63,324 nucleotides of DNA, filler included, from Candidatus Hydrogenedentota bacterium (GCA_040752395.1; 9 parts of 9 records of this genome joined end to end with filler, not necessarily neighbours in it), one strand, 5' to 3'; counted from the whole stretch's first letter, positions 30,540 to 40,747 are shown. A program made the numbers and translations. Notes: a model not told the origin generated them from the sequence alone.

Positions 30540-31268
30540 TCAAAAATATCAAATTTTTAACTCTACGTAAATATTCTTTTGCTCTTTTTTCTTCAGGCTC
30601 AATGCTTAAAATATAATTTACCTCAGCTAGTGCTTTATCGTATCGCTGGAACCTTATCAAATGGTCAATATACTGAAATCTCACCTCTAAATCAACAATT
30701 CTTTTTTTAGGTTCTTCTTTTACTTCTTTTTTTTGTTCTTCTTTCACAAACGAGAGATCGGGTGATGGACTTTTCATATTTACATAGCAAATATTGTTAT
30801 CTTTATTTAATTCAAGAATAACAGGGTTTTTAAAATATAATTTTATTCTTACACCTTTGTTTCCTGTGTGTAATTGTTTAGCGTATACCCGAGCAAGTGG
30901 TCCCTGTTCAAAATCAGCGCTTGTGGGTAAAATCGGGTTTAAGAGACCATCTTTAATATCTATAACTTTAACCATCTCGTCAGGAAATATAATCTCGCTA
31001 AAATCAATGATGCTATTCGAGACTATTAACATTTTGGCTTCTGTAATGCCTGGATAATATTTGATAAGATTAACCTCTTTTTCACAACTAACACCGATGT
31101 TTAGTTCAGGAACAATCTCTATCTCTCCTATCTCCAGAGAAACAAAATGTCCTTTGAATAACCCTTCATTAAAATCTGAGAAATTTATTTTTTCAGGAAC
31201 AAGTTTTATATTAGAATTAGTTGTTAATGAAACCATACCCTTTCTTTTATTTAAATCGACACATCTAT
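30532..31268 (-). CDS. Pilus-associated protein (AMIN-like plus C-terminal TPR), probably 5' partial
   Basis: Frame open to the contig edge; GVRIKLYF; TPR-like C-terminus. Confidence 0.5.
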
Positions 31269-31368
31269 NNNNNNNNNNNNNNNNNNNNNNNNNNNNNNNN
31301 NNNNNNNNNNNNTTAATTAATTAANNNNNNNNNNNNNNNNNNNNNNNNNNNNNNNNNNNNNNNNNNNN

Positions 31369-31530
31369 ACGGTCTGTTTGTTTGTTTCGCACGCTATACG
31401 TGCTTTGTCAGGTGGCTTCAACTTTACAGATTACTCCATAAGTTGCACCTCAAACTAAATCGTTTACAGACTTTTACGATTACTGACACCTTGCACTCAG
31501 TTAGATTTCAAAGAGCTTATCTTGGCACGC
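31369..31530 (-). mobile_element. Probable group II intron 5' end (domain I), cut by the contig end
   Basis: Starts GCGTGCCAAGATAAG (GUGYG variant); nested stems; GAGGTGCAACTTATGGA-GTAA-TCTGTAAAGTTGAAGCCACCTGACAA resembles domain Ic with a GNRA loop. Confidence 0.55.
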
Positions 31531-31546
31531 TTGAATCTTTTAATCT

Positions 31547-32056
31547 TTATTTCCCACTTGACCCAAAACCTCGCTCCCCTCTTTCTGTTGGACTTAATAA
31601 AGGTACAATAACAGGTTCGAATCGTTCGTATCGCTGAACAATAAGCTGTGCGATTCTATCACCTTTTTGTATCTGAAAATCTCTTTTATTATTGTTCATC
31701 AATACCACCTTAAGCTCGCCACGATAATCACTATCAATCACACCTGCAAGCGTATCAATTCCGTATTGTGCAGAAAGCCCGCTCCGAGGCCAGATTAAAC
31801 CAACACAACCTGGTGATATCTCAATTGAGATACCAGTTCTTACGGTATCATATGATTTTGCTTTTAATACCTTCTTTTCGCAGGAATATACATCGAGCCC
31901 TGCCGAATGTCCTGATACCCGTGTAGGCAATTTAGAATTTTTGTCAATTATCTTTATTTTAAGTTTCTTGTGTCCCAGAGTTCTCTGATGAAACTCATTT
32001 ATCCTGCTTCTTACCTCTCGTTTCTTTTTTCTGATACTTCTCACTTTTTTTACCAC
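31547..32056 (-). CDS. dut: dUTP diphosphatase
   Basis: AGLDV, PRSGL, GVIDSDYRGE, RIAQL, RGERGFGSSG. Confidence 0.96.
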   Translation of the reverse strand: MVKKVRSIRKKKREVRSRINEFHQRTLGHKKLKIKIIDKNSKLPTRVSGHSAGLDVYSCEKKVLKAKSYDTVRTGISIEISPGCVGLIWPRSGLSAQYGIDTLAGVIDSDYRGELKVVLMNNNKRDFQIQKGDRIAQLIVQRYERFEPVIVPLLSPTERGERGFGSSGK

Positions 32057-32083
32057 TCTAATTGATAAATTTTTAGTCTCTTT

Positions 32084-33379
32084 TTATTTTATCCCGAGAC
32101 GTCTGTAGATAATATCGATATTTTTTAGAAACTTTTTAATATCTGTTAAACTATCAATCTCGCTATCGGTCAAATATTTCTTAATCACAGGGTCATTCTT
32201 TAATACCTCATTAAAATCCAGTTGTTTTTTCATAGATTTAAAAGCGATTTTCTGAACGATCTCATACGCTTTTTCTCGAGGGAACCCCTTATCAGTTAAC
32301 GCAAGGAGTACAGCCTGAGTAAAAATCCGTCCTCTGGATTTTTCTAAATTTAATTTAAGATTATCTGTAAAAATTACTATGTCTTTTACCACTGCGGTGG
32401 TTTTATAAATAATGTAATCAAGCAGTATTAATGCATCCTGGAGTATAATCCTTTCAGATGATGAATGAGATATATCCCGTTCAAACCACAGAGCTACATT
32501 TGATAATTCAACATTTGCATAACCTTTGATAGTTCGTGCGAGTCCGCAGATACGTTCGCATATAACAGGATTACGTTTATGCGGCATCGCACTTGAACCC
32601 TTCTGTTTTTTACCAAAGGGTTCCTCTGCCTCGCTTATCTCGGTTATTTGCATCAATCGGATATTGATAGCTATAAGCTCTATTGTAGCAGCAATAACCG
32701 CGATTTCGTTTAAAAGTTCTGCGTGTCTATCACGTTGTAAAATCTGGGTTGATATCTGTGCAGGTCTTAATCCTAATTTTTTACACACATATCGCTCTAT
32801 GAATGGATCGATATTCGAATACGTTCCTACGGGTCCTGATATTTTACCAACTGAAATGATTTCTTTGCATCGGCTTAGGCGCTCGATATTTCGGTTGTTT
32901 ATTGAATACCAGTTAGCAAACCGAAGTCCCATGGTCATCGGTTCGGCATGAACCCCATGTGTCCGACCTATACATACAGCATCTTTATATTTTAATGCTT
33001 TTTCTTTAAGAACCTTATTTAATTCTTTCAAATTTTTTTCAATTATTCTTAATGCATCTATTAATATAAGCGACGTAGCAGTATCAATAATGTCAGATGA
33101 CGTCATACCGATATGGATGTATTTTGATAAATCACCAACATAATAAGCAACAGATTCAAGAAACGCTATAACGTCATGATTCGTTCGTTCTTCTATCTTC
33201 TGTATCTGTTTTACATTAAAATCCGCTAATCTTTCAATCTTTAAAAGATCTGATTTTTTGATTCTTCCAAGTTTTGACCATGCCTCACATACCAGCATCT
33301 CTATCTCAAGATACTTTTCAAATTTATTCTCTTCGCTGAATATCCTCCCCATCTCTTTCCGTGTATAACGTTCTATCAT
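32084..33379 (-). CDS. purB: Adenylosuccinate lyase
   Basis: MIERY, GRTHGVHAEP, GSSAMPHKRNP. Confidence 0.97.
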   Translation of the reverse strand: MIERYTRKEMGRIFSEENKFEKYLEIEMLVCEAWSKLGRIKKSDLLKIERLADFNVKQIQKIEERTNHDVIAFLESVAYYVGDLSKYIHIGMTSSDIIDTATSLILIDALRIIEKNLKELNKVLKEKALKYKDAVCIGRTHGVHAEPMTMGLRFANWYSINNRNIERLSRCKEIISVGKISGPVGTYSNIDPFIERYVCKKLGLRPAQISTQILQRDRHAELLNEIAVIAATIELIAINIRLMQITEISEAEEPFGKKQKGSSAMPHKRNPVICERICGLARTIKGYANVELSNVALWFERDISHSSSERIILQDALILLDYIIYKTTAVVKDIVIFTDNLKLNLEKSRGRIFTQAVLLALTDKGFPREKAYEIVQKIAFKSMKKQLDFNEVLKNDPVIKKYLTDSEIDSLTDIKKFLKNIDIIYRRLGIK

Positions 33380-34182
33380 ATATCCTTAAACTCCTTTCTC
33401 TTTTTATTTATAAACTCTTTATTAATTCTTTCAGCCTCTGTCTCTATATTGTAAATATCTTTAACTCCGAGATCATCTAAAATAACCTTAAAATTAATAG
33501 TATTTCTGTCTTCTTTTTTTATAGCAGAAAGCAAAGCTGATTCATTAAATATTTTTTGAAACCCTGCATTTATTGAGACAGCTATCACTTTATCTGCCGG
33601 GACTGTATCCGTCTTAATAGAAAAATCAATTCCAAGTAATTCGAATAACCCTTTCTCAATCTCCTCTGTCTCTTTATATATCTTTTTTGCCACATCAACC
33701 ATCTTAATACAATAAAATATCTTTTCAGCTATAGTGTATATTTCAAAGTTAAATTCAGCGGTTTTGATCTCTATCTCTCTTATTTTACTTAAATCTTCTT
33801 TTGTTGCTATAACAATATTACCGACTGTCTTTAATAAGAGTTTATCTTTCATCACATTCTCTTGTGGGAACTCAATAATGACTCTTCTTAAATACTCATA
33901 AGTTTTAGAATATTTGTTTTCATAAAAATAAGTTTTAGCTATATAATATAAACTCTCGTCTCGTAAATCCGAAAATGACCTTTTATAAACTTTATCAAGT
34001 AATATGCGAGCCTGTCTGAACTCTTTTAATGGATAATGTGTTTCTATTGCTCTTGTATATAATTCTTTAGCTTCTTCATTTGAGATATAATGCGTATATG
34101 GCTTCTTATTTATATCAGTAAACCCACACACCATAGCCCTGAGGCCGATGTATAAAAGTAGAATAAAAGAGATTTTTTTCAT
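33376..34182 (-). CDS. Secreted TPR-containing hypothetical protein
   Basis: Signal-like N-terminus; DESLYYIAKTYF..IIEFP. Confidence 0.6.
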   Translation of the reverse strand: MKKISFILLLYIGLRAMVCGFTDINKKPYTHYISNEEAKELYTRAIETHYPLKEFRQARILLDKVYKRSFSDLRDESLYYIAKTYFYENKYSKTYEYLRRVIIEFPQENVMKDKLLLKTVGNIVIATKEDLSKIREIEIKTAEFNFEIYTIAEKIFYCIKMVDVAKKIYKETEEIEKGLFELLGIDFSIKTDTVPADKVIAVSINAGFQKIFNESALLSAIKKEDRNTINFKVILDDLGVKDIYNIETEAERINKEFINKKRKEFKDI

Positions 34183-35516
34183 CTTGCTTCGTTAAGATAT
34201 TCTTTAATCTTTTTCTCTGTGGTAACTAATATTTCGTCTCTGTCTAAATCTTTAATACTTTCACCATGTATTTTCTTTTCTCGTTTCACATCTCTTTCTT
34301 TAGAACTCTTTATTAGTTTTAAATAATCATTGAATATCTTTCCCTGTCTTGTGCCATCAACCACTTTTGAAACCATCTTTGCTATATCGTTATGTAATCT
34401 ATCTTCAGCTTTCATAATAAAATAACATAACCTGATAAAAAATTTATAAGCATTGATGGCCTGGAACAAATTATCCTCACAAAGAAAATTTTTCCCTAAC
34501 CCTGTATAATCCTCATCAGTATAAACCTTTTTTTTCGAAAAAGAACATAATCGTTTGTAAGCATTAAATACTTCTCTTAATATCTCCTCGCGAAAAATAG
34601 ACTTATACTCGCAGATATCCCGACTGCGTTTCTCAAACTTTATCTCGTTTCTTGCGATAATATATGCCCCATTATCTATTACCCACCCTGGTAGTATTTC
34701 ATTATACGCGGGCGAAATTTTATTATATAAGAAAGAAGGAGAATTTATCAGAGAGAACGGCATCTCTAATCTCTGCGGTAATAATGTTAAACCCGTTGCG
34801 ATAATAGTGTAAGGTGCGTAAATAAAATTACAAGGATATTTTATATTAACACCGATACCGAAAAATAATCCTTCACCCACATCACACTCCTGGTCAGGTG
34901 CTTTGCCGGTATGATTTGAACCTATCAATGCCCCGGCTCCAACGTTTCCCCTGCCCTCAAACCATCTTACCGCGATAATAAGAGATTTATGATGAATCCC
35001 TGTTAGAGATCCTATCAGTGATGCCGTTATTTCAGCCTGCTCAACCACACTCCCTTTATCTATAAAACTATTTTTAACTATTGCATAATGTTTAACCTCA
35101 GCATAAGAGTTTATCACACTCTCAATAATAATGGCACCTGTATCAATAATTGCATTATTCTTTATAAGGCTGTTTTTTATCGTAACATTATTACCGATAT
35201 ATGCATTATCCAGAATAGTAGAATTCTCTATAAATACGTTCCCATCTATCCTCACACCCTTCCCTATCCGACAATTCCTTATTATACCGCTGCCTGTAAT
35301 AATAGTGCCATTATCAATGGACGTTTTCTGTTTTACAATACTCTTTTTTTGTATCGCATCTTTCTTGATATCGCTAATCTCAGTATCCTCATAAACTTCC
35401 ATCTCTCTGTGCATCTCATTACCCGCAAGAATTCTAACCGGCAGTCCGCAGCAGGTCTCTTCTTTGTCTTCTATAATAAAATTGCCTGATATCAAAACGT
35501 CTTTCTTATTTTTCAT
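34179..35516 (-). CDS. Left-handed beta-helix protein, DUF4954-like
   Basis: Hexapeptide repeats, GSNHTGKAPDQE, GLFFGIG..KYPCNF, PFSLINSP. Confidence 0.65.
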   Translation of the reverse strand: MKNKKDVLISGNFIIEDKEETCCGLPVRILAGNEMHREMEVYEDTEISDIKKDAIQKKSIVKQKTSIDNGTIITGSGIIRNCRIGKGVRIDGNVFIENSTILDNAYIGNNVTIKNSLIKNNAIIDTGAIIIESVINSYAEVKHYAIVKNSFIDKGSVVEQAEITASLIGSLTGIHHKSLIIAVRWFEGRGNVGAGALIGSNHTGKAPDQECDVGEGLFFGIGVNIKYPCNFIYAPYTIIATGLTLLPQRLEMPFSLINSPSFLYNKISPAYNEILPGWVIDNGAYIIARNEIKFEKRSRDICEYKSIFREEILREVFNAYKRLCSFSKKKVYTDEDYTGLGKNFLCEDNLFQAINAYKFFIRLCYFIMKAEDRLHNDIAKMVSKVVDGTRQGKIFNDYLKLIKSSKERDVKREKKIHGESIKDLDRDEILVTTEKKIKEYLNEAR

Positions 35517-35552
35517 TTAGCCTCTTTTGGCAGGAACAAAAGCTAAACAAGC

Positions 35553-35939
35553 TCAGCTAGTCTTTACTACAATGTCGCTTATAATATTAGCAGCTTCATT
35601 ACAGCGGTCAGCAGCATTCGAAAGATGCCTGTAAACCTCTCGGTATTTTAATACAAAAATAACATCAGTGGAGTTAAAAAGTTCTGCAAGCGCTTCTCTA
35701 TACCTGTGCTCAATAAAATTCTCAGCCTTTTTTGCTCTAACCACGTGTTCCTCAACTGCTTGTGGATTATCATTTAAAAGAGTTATAGAACAAGTAATCT
35801 CTTTAGCAGCATTAGCAATCGCATTTATTATATCCTTAATAAAAATGTTTGGAATTATCTTGAAAAGTCGCACTTCTTCAACAGTAGATTTAGCGTAATC
35901 AATCATATCCTCGGTTTTTTCTGCATGCTCTTTTAGCAT
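35553..35939 (-). pseudogene. DUF47/PhoU-like phosphate transport regulator, apparently internally deleted
   Basis: DMIDYAKSTVEE, KYREVYRHLSNAAD, DIVVK; only 128 aa; N-terminal FFKMLKEHAEK joins directly to the mid-protein motif. Confidence 0.6.
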
Positions 35940-35952
35940 CTTAAAAAAATCC

Positions 35953-36083
35953 CTCCTCTGAAAAACGCTGTAACTCTAATGATATCAAGTAGAAGCAAGA
36001 AGCAAGAGGCAAGAAGCAAGATAACGGAAGAAGTGAGAGGTATCAGGACAGGCTACAGGCTACGGGCTACCCGTAGTCTGCAA
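35953..36083 (-). repeat. Modular intergenic element, 3' half
   Basis: Reverse complement of GTAGCCTGTCCTGATAC..CTTCTTG array..TTTTTCAGAGGAG. Confidence 0.9.
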
Positions 36084-36789
36084 ATTGAGAGATAGTTGCT
36101 GTAAGCAACCGTCAAAAATACATAGTGTCTTATCTTTAATATGGTGTCAATAAAATATTTTCCTTTTCAAAAACAAGAGACCCCATTTTTATTTATCATA
36201 CATATCGCCTGGCCAGGTATCAGGAGAACACGTGCCAGAAGGACAATACGAACTATCAGGACAGGTATCCCTTACTCTAACCCGTAAACTGTGTCGCCAC
36301 TGGCGTTATATCTCACCTCTTTCGTAAACTGATATATGTCGTCGTATAGTTTACTATCCTTAAGGTATTACTTACCTGTTTTTATACCTTAAGAAACGGG
36401 CTATTTATTCCGAATTGTGCTGAAGTCAAACATTTTGTGGACACTTTCAATAATGTTCCTATTAAAATACATATTATAGATATAATACATAATATATTCT
36501 CAACCATTTGAAATAAATAATTAAAAAACCGATAACTATAATTAAAAATATAATTTAATAACTATACTTTAGCAGAAAATAAGTCAATGGATTTCATTTA
36601 AGCAGCCATTTTCAAGGTATTAAATAATGATTCTAATTTTTTATGGTTCACAGGGAAGTGATATAAACTATCAAAAATTAATTAGTGATNNNNNNNNNNN
36701 NNNNNNNNNNNNNNNNNNNNNNNNNNNNNNNNNTTAATTAATTAANNNNNNNNNNNNNNNNNNNNNNNNNNNNNNNNNNNNNNNNNNNN

Positions 36790-36977
36790 TCGCAAGTCGT
36801 GAGTCAAAACAGGACTCAAGACTCAAGACTTTTCAGCAGGCTCTGGGCTTTTGTCTCCAGCCGGCTATAGTCCGTAGCCTGTAGCCTGTCCTGATACTTC
36901 TCACTTCTTCCGTTATCTTGCTTCTTGCCTCTTGCTTCTACTTGATATTATTATAGTTACAATGTTTTTCAGAGGAG
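36790..36977 (+). repeat. Modular intergenic element at the contig start
   Basis: GACTCAA, GTAGCCT and CTTCTTG blocks plus terminus TTTTTCAGAGGAG; no start codon follows this copy. Confidence 0.9.
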
Positions 36978-37044
36978 ATATACTAACTATTAACTTTCAA
37001 CATAATTATTGACATAACAAAGTGGAAAAAGTAAAAATTAGATA

Positions 37045-37073
37045 TTGACTTTTGAGAATAAAGTAGATATAAT
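37045..37073 (+). promoter_or_regulatory. Sigma70-type promoter for secG (near-leaderless transcript)
   Basis: TTGACT-17 nt-TATAAT, 12 nt before the ATG. Confidence 0.65.
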
Positions 37074-37085
37074 ATAAAAAAGTTT

Positions 37086-37403
37086 ATGTTAGCCACTATA
37101 TTGACTATAATTTATTTAATTGTTTGTGTTTTGCTTATTATCGCGATACTTCTTCAGCAGGACAAAACAGCAGGGAGCGGTTTAGGTGCTGCGTTTGGCG
37201 GGTCATCACAAACTGTATTCGGGTCTCACAGCGGTGATATTCTTTCTAAAGCCACAACCTGGCTGGCTGTAGGATTTATGGTGATAGCTTTACTTTTATC
37301 ATTTACTTATACAAAGAAATCTTCTATTACGCAGGAAGCTGGCGCTTTTTCTCCAGAGGAACATCCAACGGTACCAGTGAGTACCCCAGAAGCAGGGAAA
37401 TGA
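37086..37403 (+). CDS. secG: Preprotein translocase subunit SecG
   Basis: ILLQQ..GLGAAFGG.SQTVFG..LSKAT, two TM helices. Confidence 0.95.
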   Translation: MLATILTIIYLIVCVLLIIAILLQQDKTAGSGLGAAFGGSSQTVFGSHSGDILSKATTWLAVGFMVIALLLSFTYTKKSSITQEAGAFSPEEHPTVPVSTPEAGK

Positions 37404-37475
37404 GTTTCTCGATGCATTAATCACAGCCCAAAGACATCACAGCAATCTCTGAAGTATAAATATATGAAACCAGTC

Positions 37476-37590
37476 TCTGGAGTCTTGAGTTTTTAGCTGG
37501 AGCCCATAGCCTGTACCTTGTCCTGATACTTCTTACTTCTCACTTCTTACTTCGTGAAATTATTAGAGTTTACAAAGTTTTTTGGAGAGA
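37476..37590 (+). repeat. Degenerate modular element
   Basis: GTCCTGATACTTCTTACTTCTCAC and decayed terminus TTAGAGTTTACAAAGTTTTTTGGAG. Confidence 0.7.
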
Positions 37591-37594
37591 AAGT

Positions 37595-38146
37595 ATGAGA
37601 CTTGGTGTGTTTAGATGTGTTTCAAAATGTGCTAATTATGAATATAAATACGAATGTCCTTATTTTTTTGAAAGGAGCATCGATTATTATCCTTATTTCA
37701 GAGAATGTTGTCAGAAATATACCTTGATAGGGATAATAAAATTTATACTCTATGTTATTTTTCATCCTTTTTATTTACTCCAATTATTATGTGGTTATGG
37801 AGGCGAAATTTATGCAAGGAAATATGAAACGACTCGAAATATTAAAAATAATGAGGATTTGTTATTTAAAGAGATAAAATTGAATCAGGTTACGTTACCC
37901 CAAGAAAGAAAGATTGAAAAAAAAGAGGCTGTTATAAAGAAAGAGGTTGAGATAGATGAGGAGTTAGAGGTACTGGAATTAATAAAGAATGAGATTATTC
38001 AGCTAAAGAAAGTGAAAAATTTATATCCTTACAGACACGATTTAATATCCATGAAAGAGGAAGCGATTGATATATTTATCGATGAATTAAGAAAGATAGA
38101 AACAAAGAAAAAGAAAGGAGAGTTTTCAATTAGAAGGATTAAGTAG
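37595..38146 (+). CDS. Hypothetical protein (Cys-rich N-terminus, TM, charged C-terminus)
   Basis: 183-aa ORF with SD-like GGAGAG; no family recognised. Confidence 0.55.
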   Translation: MRLGVFRCVSKCANYEYKYECPYFFERSIDYYPYFRECCQKYTLIGIIKFILYVIFHPFYLLQLLCGYGGEIYARKYETTRNIKNNEDLLFKEIKLNQVTLPQERKIEKKEAVIKKEVEIDEELEVLELIKNEIIQLKKVKNLYPYRHDLISMKEEAIDIFIDELRKIETKKKKGEFSIRRIK

Positions 38147-38228
38147 CAATATTCTCTTGATATTTTTATAATATTTTTTAGAAATTTAAATATCAAAACC
38201 ATTATGATATAGACGCAAAAGGAGTTTA

Positions 38229-38394
38229 ATGAGACTTAATAAAAGAGAGTTAGAAATTATTATTAATGAGGCAAAATCAATCTTTGGGGAGGATGCAGAG
38301 ATTAGATTATTTGGCAGCCGCACTTCAATACTCAATAGATAAGATTCAAAAATTATTCCCATTAAGTAAAGAAAAGATTGAAGATATTAAAGAA
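38229..38394 (+). pseudogene. Collapsed MNT (nucleotidyltransferase) / HEPN-type toxin-antitoxin remnant
   Basis: MRLNKRELEIIINEAKSIFGEDAEIRLFGSR, then in another frame LQYSIDKIQKLFPLSKEKIEDI, cut by the element. Confidence 0.6.
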
Positions 38395-38758
38395 GGAGTC
38401 AACATGAGCGCGGTTTGCGCTCTACACTATTGGGTTCTTGGGTTCTTGGGTTATTGCGTTTTTGGGTTTTTGCGCTCTACACAAAGCATGAAAAACTAAA
38501 GATGATATGAAAAGAGTCGTGAGTCAAAACAGGACTCAAGACTCAAGACTTTTCAGCCAGGCTTTTGGCTTCTGGCTCCAGCCGGCTGTAGTCCGTAGCC
38601 TGTAGCCTGTCCTGATACCTCTCACTTCCCACTTCTTACTTCTTACTTTTTTCGTTATCTTGCTTCTTGCTTCTTGCTTCTTTCGTTATCTTTCTTTCCG
38701 TTATCTTGCCTCTTGCTTCTATTTGATATTATTAGAGTTAGAATGTTTTTCAGAGGAG
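38395..38758 (+). repeat. Modular intergenic element, longest copy (about 365 bp), ending in the rpsC SD
   Basis: All core modules in order, from GGAGTCAACATGAGCGCG to TTTTTCAGAGGAG. Confidence 0.93.
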
Positions 38759-38764
38759 AGTCTA

Positions 38765-39427
38765 ATGGGTCAGAAGGTGCCACCAAAAATTCAGAGACTG
38801 AAAATTATTGAAGACTGGGATTCCAAATGGTATGCAAACAAAAATATCTATGCTAATTATCTTCACGAAGACATACGGATACGTGAATGGGTCAGAAAAG
38901 AGTATGGTCAGGCCGGGATATCTAAGATAGTTGTTCAGAGGTATCCGCAGTTTATAGTTATAAATATACACACAGCGAGACCTGCTATTTTAATTGGGAG
39001 AAAAGGTGCAGAGATAGAGAGGATAAGAGGATGGTTAACCAGGATAAGCGGAAAGAAGTCAGATGTCAATGTTATAGAGATAGAGAATCCTCTGCTTGAT
39101 GCCCAGCTTGTAGCTGAGAGTATAGCAAGAGCATTAAAAAGAAAGATCACTTATAGAAGGGCTATGAAACAGGCTATGGGTTTAGCATTAAAAGCAGGTG
39201 CACATGGCATAAAAGTTATGTGTTCCGGCAGGCTTGGTGGTGCTGAGATTGCAAGGTCTGTCTGGTATCGAGAAGGAAGGGTACCTTTACATACATTAAG
39301 AGCAAATATAGATTATGGCTTTTCACAATGTTTTGCTAATTATGGTGTTATCGGTGTAAAGGTATGGATTTTTAAAGGTGAAATTATACCTAAAAAAGAG
39401 ACCAGAGCCGAGTCAAAGGAAGGTTAA
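38765..39427 (+). CDS. rpsC: 30S ribosomal protein S3
   Basis: MGQKV, IGRKG, SGRLGGAEIAR, GRVPLHTLRA; true start at ATG 38765. Confidence 0.98.
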   Translation: MGQKVPPKIQRLKIIEDWDSKWYANKNIYANYLHEDIRIREWVRKEYGQAGISKIVVQRYPQFIVINIHTARPAILIGRKGAEIERIRGWLTRISGKKSDVNVIEIENPLLDAQLVAESIARALKRKITYRRAMKQAMGLALKAGAHGIKVMCSGRLGGAEIARSVWYREGRVPLHTLRANIDYGFSQCFANYGVIGVKVWIFKGEIIPKKETRAESKEG

Positions 39428-39433
39428 GATAAG

Positions 39434-39847
39434 ATGTTATTGCCTAAAAGAGTAAAATACAGAAAAAAGCAGAAAGGCAGGATGCGGGGTAAAGCTAAAC
39501 GCGGGACTGAATTACATTTTGGCGACTATGGTTTAAAAGCTATCGAAGCGAACTGGGTTACTAATAAACAGATCGAGGCTGCTCGGGTCGCTATTATGAG
39601 ACATATTAAACAAATTGGTAAACTCTGGATAAAAATATTTCCGGATAAACCGATTACCAAAAAACCCTTAGAGACAAGGATGGGTAAAGGCAAAGGTAAT
39701 GTTGAGGGCTGGGTCTGTGTTGTAAAGCCTGGGAGGATACTTTTTGAGCTTGCCGGGTTACCAAAAGAATCAGCTATTGAAGCATTAAGAATAGCTTCAT
39801 ATAAGCTACCTATCAAAACAAGGATTATCAGTGCAGGTGCATCATAA
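39434..39847 (+). CDS. rplP: 50S ribosomal protein L16
   Basis: [18 protein letters not shown]. Confidence 0.98.
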   Translation: MLLPKRVKYRKKQKGRMRGKAKRGTELHFGDYGLKAIEANWVTNKQIEAARVAIMRHIKQIGKLWIKIFPDKPITKKPLETRMGKGKGNVEGWVCVVKPGRILFELAGLPKESAIEALRIASYKLPIKTRIISAGAS

Positions 39848-40065
39848 TGTTAGCAAGAGAATTAAGAGAATTCAGCAATGATGAATTAACTGAGAAACTG
39901 CTTGATTTTAAGAGAGAACTTTTTAATTTAAGAGTACAGCGTGTGTCAGGTGAGATTAAAAACCCGCGAAGGATTAGAGAGGTAAAAAGGACTATTGCGC
40001 GGATATTGACTATTATGAATACCCGGAAAAAGCAGGAGGCATTAAAGATTCAGAATGCAAAATAA
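39847..40065 (+). CDS. rpmC: 50S ribosomal protein L29
   Basis: ELFNLR..IARILT. Confidence 0.97.
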   Translation: MLARELREFSNDELTEKLLDFKRELFNLRVQRVSGEIKNPRRIREVKRTIARILTIMNTRKKQEALKIQNAK

Positions 40066-40393
40066 AAAATTAAAAGTTAAACCCATAAAAAGGAAAATTT
40101 TAGAGGGTGTTATTGTTTCTGATAAAATGGATAAAACACGGGTTGTTTTAGTACAATCACGAGTTATTCATCCTCTGTATAAAAAGGTTATAACAAAAAG
40201 AAAGAAGTATTATGCCCATGATGAGAAAAACAAGTATAAAAATGGTGATGTAGTTAAGATTATTGAATCGAGACCTATTTCGCGGCTGAAACGATGGCGA
40301 ATATTAAAAAAGATTGGTGAAAGAGAAGAACCGACTCCGGTGACTGAGTTACCGGGAGGGTTAGAAGATGATACAGCAGGAATCAAGACTTAA
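40055..40393 (+). CDS. rpsQ: 30S ribosomal protein S17
   Basis: [24 protein letters not shown]. Confidence 0.97.
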   Translation: MQNKKLKVKPIKRKILEGVIVSDKMDKTRVVLVQSRVIHPLYKKVITKRKKYYAHDEKNKYKNGDVVKIIESRPISRLKRWRILKKIGEREEPTPVTELPGGLEDDTAGIKT

Positions 40394-40736
40394 CGTGGCT
40401 GATAATACTGGTGTAAAAGAGATCAGCTGTATTAGAATCCCTAAATATTCTAAACGCAGATATGCAACTATTGGTGATATTATTATCGCATCAGTCAAGG
40501 ATGCTGTACCAACTTCAAATATTAAAAAGGGTTCGATAGTCAAAGCTGTCATTGTGAGAACTAAACGAGGATTGAGGAGAAGAGATGGAACATACATTAA
40601 ATTTGATAATAATGCTGCAGTGTTAATACAGGATGACGGGACGCCTATTGGAACAAGGATATTTGGTCCTATTGCAAGAGAATTAAGAGAAAAAGAGTTT
40701 ATGAAGATAGTTTCATTAGCACCTGAGGTGCTCTGA
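40368..40736 (+). CDS. rplN: 50S ribosomal protein L14
   Basis: [22 protein letters not shown]. Confidence 0.98.
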   Translation: MIQQESRLNVADNTGVKEISCIRIPKYSKRRYATIGDIIIASVKDAVPTSNIKKGSIVKAVIVRTKRGLRRRDGTYIKFDNNAAVLIQDDGTPIGTRIFGPIARELREKEFMKIVSLAPEVL

Positions 40737-40747
40737 TGGGGTAACAG

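Noticed and set aside
36190-36450. Hairpin-rich AT region with GCCACTG, considered as a cobalamin or other riboswitch
   Set aside because: Core riboswitch motifs are missing; the minus strand reads more like a frameshifted gene fragment
38660-38764. Shared N-terminal extension ..CFSEE on the rpsC, lpxC and 5681 ORFs, and ORF 59285-59590
   Set aside because: Translation of the repeat terminus; the real starts lie after GAGGAG
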